Positions 46,090 to 64,000 of a stretch of 64,000 bases of DNA are shown here, one piece after another. The DNA is from Macrostomum lignano. Its lineage: Eukaryota. The notes beneath the pieces are model-generated. The model made no database searches. It was not told where the DNA came from and saw only the letters and a list, made by a program, of their open reading frames with translations. Every line of letters begins with the position of its first letter. The stretch's first letter is position 1. The DNA lies in assembly GCA_002269645.1 (NCBI GenBank), contig NIVC01003240.1, positions 45,448-109,447 of the forward strand, written 5' to 3'. A program made the position numbers and the translations under genes.

Positions 46090-46386
46090 GTGTCAGAATT
46101 TTAGTGTCAGCATTTTAGTGTCAGAATTTTAGTGTCAGAATTTTAGTGTCAGAATTTTAGTGTCAGAATTTTAGTGTCAGAATTTTAGTGTCAGAATTTT
46201 AGTGTCAGAAGTAAAGTGTCAGAATTTTAGTGTCAGAAGTAAAGTGTCAGAATTTTAGTGTCAGAACTATAGTATCAGAAGTATAGTGTCAGAAGTATAG
46301 TGTCAGAAGTATAGTGTCAGAAGTATAGTGTCAGAAGTATAGTGTCAGAAGCATAGTGTCAGAAGTATAGTGTCAGAATTTGTGTC
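46090..46386. repeat. 14-bp array TAGTGTCAGAA(TTT/GTA), polarised from TTT to GTA variants
   Basis: Directly visible. Confidence 0.94.
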
Positions 46387-46859
46387 TTAAGTCAAGCGAG
46401 AGAATTTGGAGAGCAAAGAAAGAGAGTCAAATAGAGCGAGAGTCAGGGAGAGATGGTCAGAAGGAGAGAAAGAGTCAGGATGGAGGGCCAGATGGGATGA
46501 ACAATCAGGTGTTAGGCTGGATAACTTATTTCGACAGCAGAGCTACAAAGGTTCAGAGAAGGACAAAGGTTCAGAGTAAACCATGCAGTGTCAGGTGCAG
46601 CAAAAGAGCACACTGAGAAAAGAAAACCTCGGCAGACTACAAAGACAAACAGAGGCGGCTCAACTAAAAAGAGAATGGGAGCAGCCTGTTCCGCATCCGG
46701 TTTGTTTGCCGAGCAGGGAAGCGAGTTCGTGACCGGCTTCAGTCTTCCCTCCGAACTGCCAATAACTGATTAAACCATTTTAAGTACGCCTATTTGGGTT
46801 CAAGTAGCATATAGTTGACGATTTATTTGACACTTATGACTGGGAGATGAAGACGCATA

Positions 46860-47562
46860 GGGGAGACTGCATGAGATGGAGACAGAGACACAGAGGGAGA
46901 GTGCATGAGAGGGAGACAGAGACACAGGAGGGAGAGTGCATGGGAGGGAGACAGAGACACAGGAGGGAGAGTGCATGGGAGGGAGACAGAGACACAGGAG
47001 GGAGAGTGCATGGGAGGGAGACAGAGACACAGGAGGGAGAGTGCATGGGAGGGAGACAGAGACACAGGAGGGAGAGTGCATGGGAGGGAGACAGAGACAC
47101 AGGAGGGAGAGTGCATGGGAGGGAGACAGAGACACAGGAGGGAGAGTGCATGGGAGGGAGACAGAGAGACACAGGAGGGAGAGTGCATGGGAGGGAGACA
47201 GAGACACAGGAAGGAGAGTGCATGAGAGGGAGACAGAGAGACACAGGAGGGAGAGTGCATGAGAGGGAGACAGAGAGACACAGTAGGGAGAGTGCATGAG
47301 AGGGAGACAGAGAGACACAGGAGGGAGAGTGCATGGGAGGGAGACAGAGAGACACAGGAGGGAGAGTGCATGGGAGGGAGACAGAGACACAGGAGGGAGA
47401 GTGCATGAGAGGGAGACAGAGAGACACAGGAGGGAGAGTGCATGGGAGGGAGACAGAGAGACACAGGAGGGAGAGTGCATGGGAGGGAGACAGAGACACA
47501 GGAGGGAGAGTGCATGGGAGGGAGACAGAGAGACACAGGAGGGAGAGTGCATGAGAGGGAGA
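46860..47562. repeat. Purine-rich minisatellite, 35/37-bp unit GAGGGAGAGTGCATGGGAGGGAGACAGAGACACAG
   Basis: Directly visible. Confidence 0.96.
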
Positions 47563-48617
47563 CCAAATGTTTCCTGGTTGAATCGCGTCTTAAAAGTATT
47601 TAACTGAGTTTAAAAAATAGGAAAATGAAAATCGAAAGCGGTTAAAATCTGTCTGCGCTGCTACAAGCCACAGCGCAGGCGACTTCTGAGGCATTGGGAA
47701 AATTGGAAACGCGGGAGGAAGGGAGGCTGAGCACGGGCCAGGCCAATAAGAGCGAGTTCCCTCCAGTCGAATGCCTGTGAGGGACAGATGTTGGGCGAAC
47801 TCTGCAGAGAAGGGAGAGCACCGGGGTCCGGATTTGGGGGGGGGGGGGGAAGGCCGCGGCGCAGAAGTGACGAATTGGGATAAAAAACCCGTGCCTGAGT
47901 AAGGGAGTAAAGAAATTGAAACTTCAAGAAGACGGAAGTCTATCTTTCTAGAGAATTCTATTGACAAACTCTGTAATAAAAAACAGAGCAAATCGGCACT
48001 CAATCAGATCAGGCAGCTCATTGCGATTCAATCTTGAGCAGGAACGATAAGCAACACCCAACCAGTTTTGGTGAGCTCTGTGCTGTGTCAAAATGTTAGC
48101 CTATTTATTCATCTCCTCAATCCTTTCTCCTCGGCGAAACAATTCTTCCCGGGAGTGGCAAGAGCAAGAGCTTCAATCTTGTCTGGCTTGTTGAGTCCCT
48201 GCTGACAGCTGTGCCAGCGGCCTCGACCGCTTGCTGCTCTCGCTGGATAGGGGGCTGTTTGGGCGGGGTTGCCCAACTAATCTGAGGGATTACGGAGCTG
48301 CCCCGGTTCGTTTCAGAGCAGAGAAATCCTCATCCAGCAAACCCCGATTCAAGTAGCTGTGCGACTGAGGCATAGCGAGACCCATGGCTTGGGTATTATC
48401 CTTTGTGTGCTCGGGAAAAGTTGTTCCTAGACTTGGCAACACAATGCTGGCTTATGATGCTGCTCTGTTGGGCCAGGCATGTCCTTGATATACGCGAGTT
48501 ATTTCAAGTTATGGGACAGGAAAAGAATTCAACACGACAGCTTCCTCTGCACCGAAATAAATCGCACAAAACATTCTTCTAATAGCAAACATTTGCCAAA
48601 CTTGTGAAAGATTGTGA

Positions 48618-49545
48618 CTGAGAAACAGAGGAAGAAAGTCATGAGAAACAGAAGAGAAAGCCATGAGAAACAGATGGAGAAAGCCATGAGAAAAAGAAGG
48701 AGAAAGCCATGAGAAACAGAGGGTAAAGGACATGAGAAACAGAAAGAAAAAGCCATGAGAAACAGATCAAGAAAGCCATGAGAAACAGAAGTAGAAAGCC
48801 ATGAGAAACAGAAGTAGAAAGACATGAGAAACAGAGAGAGAAAGACATGAGAAACAGAGAGAGAAAGACATGAGAAACAGAGAGAGAAAGACATGAGAAA
48901 CAGAAGTAGAAAGACATGAGAAACAGAGAGAGAAAGACATAAGAAACAGAGAGAGAAAGATATGAGAAACAGAGGGTAAAGGACATGAGAAACAGAAAGA
49001 AAAAGCCATGAGAAACATATCAAGAAAGCCATGAGAAACAGAAGTAGAAAGCCATGAGAAACAGAAGTAGAAAGACATGAGAAACAGAGAGAGAAAGACA
49101 TGAGAAACAGAGAGAGAAAGACATGAGAAACAGAGAGAGAAAGACATGAGAAACAGAAGTAGAAAGACATGAGAAACAGAGAGAGAAAGACATGAGAAAC
49201 AGAGAGAGAAAGACATGAGAAACAGAAGTAGAAAGACATGAGAAACAGAGAGAGAAAGACATGAGAAACAGAGAGAGAAAGATATGAGAAACAGAGGGTA
49301 AAGGACATGAGAAACAGAAAGAAAAGGCCATGAGAAACATATCAAGAAAGCCATGAGAAACAGAAGTAGAAAGCCATGAGAAACAGAAGTAGAAAGACAT
49401 GAGAAACAGAGAGAGAAAGACATGAGAAACAGAGAGAGAAAGACATGAGAAACAGAGGGAGAAAGCCATGAGAAACAGAGGTAGAAGGACATGAGAAACA
49501 GAGAGAGAAAGACATGAGACACAGAGAGAGAAAGCCATGAGAAAG
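48618..49545. repeat. Purine-rich minisatellite, 23-bp unit CATGAGAAACAGA(GAG/AGT)AGAAAG(A/C)
   Basis: Directly visible, with block-wise duplication of variants. Confidence 0.96.
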
Positions 49546-51305
49546 ACAGGGAAAATGACACAGTAATGGTGAGCCAACATAAGTGACAGCAGCGGGGTAC
49601 GAGAGGGGCTCAGGCAGAAGCCAAGCAAGCATCTCATCCGGGATGCAGCTGGCGCGACCCGCCGCCTCGAGCCTCAATGACACTTGAGGCGGTCCTCCCC
49701 CTGGCGGGACGTGTGCCGAACCGAATATAGCTGGCACAAATTCGAATTCCAATCGAGTGCCAGGAGAGCGCGGAGGCGTGGCCGAGCTGTCAAGCTGAGG
49801 ATTAGCCGTCCCGGCGGCGGCAGACAAGGTCGCATTAATGGAATATTTATTACTTGCTCCGAAATTATCTCTTTTATCCGTATTATTTTCGAAATCGATT
49901 CGAGAAATTGAGACGCTGTTTCGGAGCGGCCAAGAGTGCCTCCCTCATCAGCAGCAGAGCACACCTCATCGCAGCATCTCAGAAAGTGCTCGCCGAGAAC
50001 ATGGATTCCGCATTAAACGACCGTCGCAAGAATGCAGAAGCGGACTCAAACCCGGGACTGATCAATGGCTAAATCCTAGATCAGCTACTGTCAGTAGCGA
50101 CAACAGAGTTTTTTCTGCCTAAAAGTACGTAAACGACAGAAAAGCCATAAATTTTGGTTTTTTATTTCGACGGCTTTATTGCTGCCGGCAGGTGAGGCTA
50201 ATTGCCAGTCATTTAGCTGAAGCCGCACGATAGAGAAAGCAATTATGAGAAGCTTCAGGCAGTCAGGCAATTTGCTAATCATTGGTGCAACTGTGCAACA
50301 TAAATGGATCGTGCAGTTTGTAAGCTGGGATTAGGCGCATAAATAAATCTTGCTTGATTGATTCTAAGATATCGATTGCCACCCTCGGTCGCTAGCGAAG
50401 CGAAAGCAGCAGAGAAGTCTCCAGTCCGTTGCAGCTGTCAGATCGCGACATTGTCAAGCAGTGTCAAACGGATCCAGTAAACTGTGGCTGAGGCATGGGC
50501 TCTGGAGGATAACACAGTCTCATTGTGCGGGAAATCCCGTCTAAACCCGGCTACTCTGCACGTGTCGCTGCACCCGACAAGGGCTCCGCACTGCGAGAGC
50601 GTGCAGCGGGGTGAAAATCTTCTGCAACTGTGTGGAGGCAGGAGGGTCGAAGGGGGGACTGGGGACACCTCATGAGTTCTCTTCCCCCCCCCCCTAGCAA
50701 CTGAGTGAATGAACTCCCCATTGAATAATGCATGAACCCCTTCCGGCTCATTGCCGCTCAGCAAACAGGCCAGTGGGGTGAGCAGGGCCGCGGTGACGGG
50801 AACTGAGGCTGCTGAGAGAGGAGGACCTCGCAAAGATTTGGATCAGAAACATTTGTGGGATAAGAGATGCGGGATTATTGTAACTGCAATCCTCTAAGCC
50901 TAGTTCTCTTGGAGTCTGGCTATGGCTGCTTCTTGGCCTTTTCTTCTTCTTCGGCGTAAAAAAGAGGATCCGAGCGGAGGAGGCGACACGGCGCTTCCGG
51001 CCGCTACCGGTGCCGCCATAGGCTGGGGAAGTCGGAGGCACCCAGCCAGCCGCCTCTCTTCCCTCTCTAACAGGCCGGGGAAGCCAGCGACAATCTCCCC
51101 CTGATCGAGGCCAGTCACGAAAAGTGATTTATCCTCCCCAAATCTCCTGCTCTCTTCTCCGCTTCTCTCACCCCGCCCAGCCTCCCGCCTCTCCCCTCCT
51201 GCATCATTCGACATCAGTACGAGCCAGTAGCTAAAAAAGGGTCACAGAAGTCGAGCATGGGGTAAAGCGACTCGGGATCAGTTTGGAGAGGAAGAAGCGA
51301 TCAGC

Positions 51306-57958
<6,653 letters not shown>

Positions 57959-58997
57959 ATTGGCGCGAAAAAAATAACGAAAAAATCGATTTTTAAAAAA
58001 CCAGAAAGTAACAGTTTCTCGAGGGTGGACATCAGATGCAGGATTTTTGTTCCGTTGTGTTTTTCGATTTTGAAAAGCACAGGTCAGTATGAAAAGTAGC
58101 TCCTGTAAGAAAACACGAATTTGTTATAAACTGCATTCTATTTTTGCAAATAACGCACCCCTCATCTCATTGCTTTTTGACTAAACCCATGACTCACAAA
58201 CATTAACAAGTAACTAACCTCAAACTATATTACTGACAGTAGGTAATTATTTTGAGTTCCTGGTCCTGAAAAATTCTGAGTGCAACAATATGCGAATAAA
58301 ACTAATCAGTAAATTCAGTAAATACAAGTATGCAAATTTACAATGAGTTGAAACAATTTAATGTCACTTTTAATTAATTCCCAACATCTCACCTTCGATT
58401 TGGACTTCCAAATTGCAGCCAGCAGGTGTGAGGTGTTTTGTCCGAGCTGCGCTCACAGGTTTATCAAGCTGTTTTTTGATAGGAGTCCAGCAAAGTTGCG
58501 GCGAAATTGCAGCCGCTCCTGTCTCTGCAGTGTTTTGTCTGGACGGATTTGTCTATGGCCAAAGCCCAGTCAGCGCTGTGCAGAACGGCAAATCTTTTTA
58601 AAACACACACAATGCAGTTTTCAGTTTGCATTTTTCCTGTTTTCAGGAAGCTTCCCACCTTGACCTTGCACTGTCACAATGGCCAAGTTTTTTAGTAAAT
58701 CATGAAAAGAATCTCTTTATGTTACCGAAATCCAAAATATGGTTGAAGATATTAGACAAGCAGGCTATGTTGTTAAGCTGTGAACCAACTGGCACAGGTC
58801 GAGTAGGGTTCTTGTGTATTTGCGAATGAGCAGCTAGAGGTTCTGTTAGCAAGTAGTACTGCTACTGAGCGCATACCCTGCCATTAGAGTCTTGGATAGC
58901 ACAATAAGTTGGAGCAGCTACGAAAGAGAGGGTGAAAGGTTGGGTGAGAGAGTTTGTAGCAGATCGCACAAGCACGACAATGTCTACTAATTACCCT

Positions 58998-59205
58998 TGG
59001 GGAGCAGCTCCTCACGAATGATCATCTTGGAAAGCAGCTCTTCACGAATGATCATCTTGGGAAGCAGCTCTTCAGATCATCTTGTGGAGCAGCTCCTCAC
59101 GAATGATAATCTTGGGGAGCAGCTCCTCACGAATGATCATCTTGGGGAGCAGCTCCTCACGAATGATCATCTTGGGGAGCAGCTCCTCACGAATGATCAT
59201 CTTTG
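58998..59205. repeat. 30-bp minisatellite AATGATCATCTTGGGGAGCAGCTCCTCACG, ~7 copies
   Basis: Directly visible. Confidence 0.93.
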
Positions 59206-59346
59206 GAAATACGAGCGTAGCTCTTCAAAAAAGCCATTTTGGGAAGCAGCTTTTCATAACAATCATAAAAAGCAACTCTCAAGGACAACCAGTGGAAGCT
59301 AGCAAAAAGAGGAAGACAGAACTTAAGCAAACCTCAACGATAAGAG

Positions 59347-60542
59347 TCAGACGAGACTCGTCTGCTCCGCAGCCGAGCTGGAAGGCTCTCTCTCCTCTTT
59401 GAAGCAGAGCAGAAAATCCAGAGACTTGCAGCCGCGTCGCCGGCACATGACCCGGAAGATCAGCGCGGCGACTATCCAGAGGACGACAAAGATGGCTACG
59501 AGTACTAAGGCAACGACGATGCAGGAGGTACCGGCGACGCTGAATATCGCCGCAAAGTTAGACTTCGCGGCATCATCACGGGAGTCGCAGCGATAGCTCA
59601 TCACCGCTCGCACAGAAATTCCTCCGCCGCTGTCTTTCACAGTGTACGCTTCAATAAAGGCCAAGTTTTTCTGGTGGAAAAGCTTGATGAGTTTTAGCTG
59701 GGCATTGGGTGACTCCAGCTCAGGAGAGGCTCGGACAGCATCCAGCAGCAGACGGTTGTCGCTGGCCAAGGCGCTGCACTTGGTCGGTGTCAGGTCGAGC
59801 TCGAATGTCGGCTGTCGCCAAATCCGTAGAGATTCAGCTGGACGGTTGTCTCCGGCGACTCGTTGCAGGTCAGCGGGTCGCTCACCAGCACTAGGAAGGT
59901 CAGGTTGGTCGGAGCGTCCGGGGGCGGCCTGTAGGAGAGGATCAGGCGGCCGTCGCGGTCGTCCAGCCGGAGCCAGTCGGGCGCGCCAGTCGCTAGGTGG
60001 AAGCGCATCTCAGACTGCTCGGCGCCACGCGGCGGCACGGCGCGAAACCGGTACAGCTCCGAGCCGTTGAGGGAGCCGCGCCACAGGTGCAGGATTGGTG
60101 GAGTCTCAAGCGCCGGGAAGTCATCGTCAAGGAGAAGTTCCAGTGAGAATTCTATGATGGACGGCATCGGGTCGCCTAGCCTGGACGAGTTTACTTTCTC
60201 AACGCAGAGGTATTTCTCTGCAGCTGACCTGGAAGTCAGCTTCCGGTTGAGCGCCAGGCCGGTGACTGTCCGGGACAAATAGGCAACTCTGCCGTCCAAG
60301 GGAGGCAGGTGCTCTAATTGCACTCCGTGGCTCACCTCAACCAGATTGGAGCCAAGTGAAATATTTGGCTTGAGCTTGATGAAGATGCGCCCGTGAGCAC
60401 CTGTAGGACAGCTGTCGAGTCGCTGAAGTTTCGAAGTCCAGACCGATGACGATGAGCAAGATGAGTGCACTCGAACTAATTTTACGAAAACAATAAGCAT
60501 GGATAGGACTTTGAAAATGTGAAATTTGACTTTGAATGGCAT
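59347..60542 (-). CDS. Cadherin-like single-pass membrane protein split by a frame break near 59810-59830 (indel, assembly error or short intron)
   Basis: ORF 59790-60542 has a hydrophobic N-terminus and a cadherin-like segment (FHLATGAPDWLRLDDRDGRLIL..TFLVLVSD..TTVQLNL). The overlapping frame continues IWRQPTFELDL...TM (IVVALVLVAIFVVLWIVAALIF), RVMCRRR stop-transfer, and C-terminal TSLV. Confidence 0.65.
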
Positions 60543-61271
60543 CTCCAGTCTTCTTTTCTGTTCTAAGTTTATTTACGTGCGCGGCGTTGTCGGGAGCGAG
60601 AATTGATGCGATTATGCGCTATATAAAAATCTGCTCAAGAGGGAGAGAAAATGTCTATTGCATGACAAATGCAAGTACGCGTACGAGCTAATTCACACCC
60701 ACACCTGTACGCTCGTAGTTCCTTGTGCGCGCAGCCAATGGAGCTTGCTAAAGGGCTGAGATTTTCTTACCGCTAAATTGTGTCGCAGGTTTTTTGCTGT
60801 GCGGTTTTACGTACGCTCGTACAGCAGAGACAGAGAGCTCGCTCGCTCACAAAAAAAGCTTTTCACAAACGTCCGCATAGTACTGCTAAATATAGTAAGT
60901 TAAACAATTAGGCAAACCCTTGACAATATCCGTGGTTTTGCCACAAGGTTAGTAAAGCTGGGGAAGGTCCTTATACACCCACCTCACTATGATTCGGCTG
61001 CTGCATTTTTCGAAGAGTTTATTCAGACGCAAACACCGTCTCGTGTACCAAACTTCGGTGTCAGACCTTCAAAGCTAAAAATTCAGCATTCATTCCGACG
61101 CAAACTAGAATCTGCTTGAACTTCGATCTATCTCTTCTATGTGGTATCTATGAGGCGCATTTGCCATCTAAACTAAGCTAAAACTAAAACTAACGATCTG
61201 CAGTTCGACCATTGCTGGTTTCGCAAGTGGCTCAGCAATGGGCGATCCTGCCCATTCCACTGAAAGTTGGC

Positions 61272-61322
61272 CGCGCATGGAATCGAACCAGGGACCGATG
61301 CGTTTACCACTGAGCTGCTGCT
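61272..61322 (-). mobile_element. Isolated tRNA-like SINE head (A and B boxes, anticodon arm deleted)
   Basis: Reverse complement AGCTCAGTGGTAAACGCATCGGTCCCTGGTTCGATTCC; resembles the head of the SINE at ~54940-54990. Confidence 0.45.
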
Positions 61323-61807
61323 ATTAGAATTTATCGGGCGATGTTACTCGTGAGTAGCATTTAAGCGGTATTTAACTTCATTTGGAACCAAGTCTAGCGG
61401 CATGTGGTTCTTAATCAGCAGCGAAAAAAGCAACACCCTGTCATTCGAAAAAAGACAACAAGGACACTAGATTACAGACTCGCTTGAGCACTTTCAGGTT
61501 GGAAAATGAAAGAAGAAACAATTCCTATTCGGCTTGGCCGCTCATCAATAGGGAGACGCAGGTGCGCCACTGTCAGGTTGCTCAGCTCGCCCACCTATTA
61601 TTATCCAGTAAACACAAGACCGTTGCCGCCCAACCAAGCCCGATGTAGCCGAGCTGCAGTCAAAACATTTCGAATAGCACTCAGTTACCCTGTAAGGTGA
61701 CTACCTGCAATCTGAGCTGTCTCTTCTGTTGGGGTTTGCCGCCTTCCTAATCTGACAGCACTACTCCTCTGTCTCCCTCTCAACAGCTAACTGACTTCTC
61801 GATCAAC

Positions 61808-62878
<1,071 letters not shown>

Positions 62879-63200
62879 ACTCAACGGCAGCCGAGTCAGG
62901 CCCATTGGAGCAAACTGCAGGGAAGGCCATTTTTTCTTTGCTTAACAGCCATGCAGGCAGGCAGGCAGGCAAAATCTGCTAAGGATCTCTGCTACTCCTG
63001 TTCTCGTTAAGGTGGCAAAGTGAGTAGCTCGCCACCTGACTATTCCCCATGCAACTTCCCTTCCCATTTCCTTCTCTCCGTCTCTTCGATCTTAAACTGA
63101 AGTGCCTTGCACCTGAGCCAGCCAACATGCGGAGTATCGATCTGACAGCAGCTGGATTAAAAATAGCTGCCGATGCCTTTCTATCTGTCACCATTCTGTT

Positions 63201-63660
<460 letters not shown>

Positions 63661-64000
63661 AGTGTTTATCTTCATGTTTGGTCAGCCTTTAAATATAGTT
63701 TAGATTATTTCCTGCATAAGCTAATTCATTTTAGCTGCTTCATTTATTCTTAGAAATCTGCGGCTTCCCAGGAACAACCAGGCTTCAAGAGCGCCTAGCG
63801 AATCCCTGGGGACACGCAGTTCTTTCACTCGGAACATCTTTTTCCTATTTTATAACCCAAAGTTTAAGAAGCGACAAAGCAAGTCATGTTGCTGCTGGCC
63901 GAAAAGTGCCTCAATTTTCTAAGAAAATAGCTAAGGCAGGCAAAACGGGGCGCGGCGGAAGACCGGGCGCTTGTAAGAAAAGCAGACAAAGTTAAAAGAT

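Noticed and set aside
61272-61322. Possible tRNA gene
   Set aside because: A and B boxes are present, but the anticodon arm is missing and the acceptor stem does not pair; it matches the SINE head.

Overview
This is animal (invertebrate) nuclear genomic DNA with spliceosomal introns; no prokaryotic features, CRISPR array, rRNA or intact tRNA gene was seen. An innexin, GC-rich exons and introns filled with minisatellites are compatible with a free-living flatworm such as Macrostomum (inference only). Genes reconstructed by hand with frame-consistent splice sites: YJU2/CCDC94 (2 exons); two intronless divergent class-A-like GPCRs; a 2-exon ankyrin-repeat + caspase fusion with an intact His/Cys dyad; a 3-exon orphan gene; a 3-exon calmodulin-like gene with a GC-AG intron; an intronless innexin; an 8-exon synaptotagmin-15-like gene; and a cadherin-like single-pass membrane gene with a frame break. 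About 25 distinct micro- and minisatellite arrays account for most long ORFs in the ORF track. Mobile DNA includes remnants of a CMC/EnSpm-like transposase, a Ty3/Gypsy integrase and a LINE, CORE-like tRNA-SINEs, several MITEs, a 2.2-kb foldback-like element carrying a 42-bp array, and a 27-bp palindromic insertion with an 8-bp target-site duplication. The ankyrin-caspase fusion is the most notable finding.
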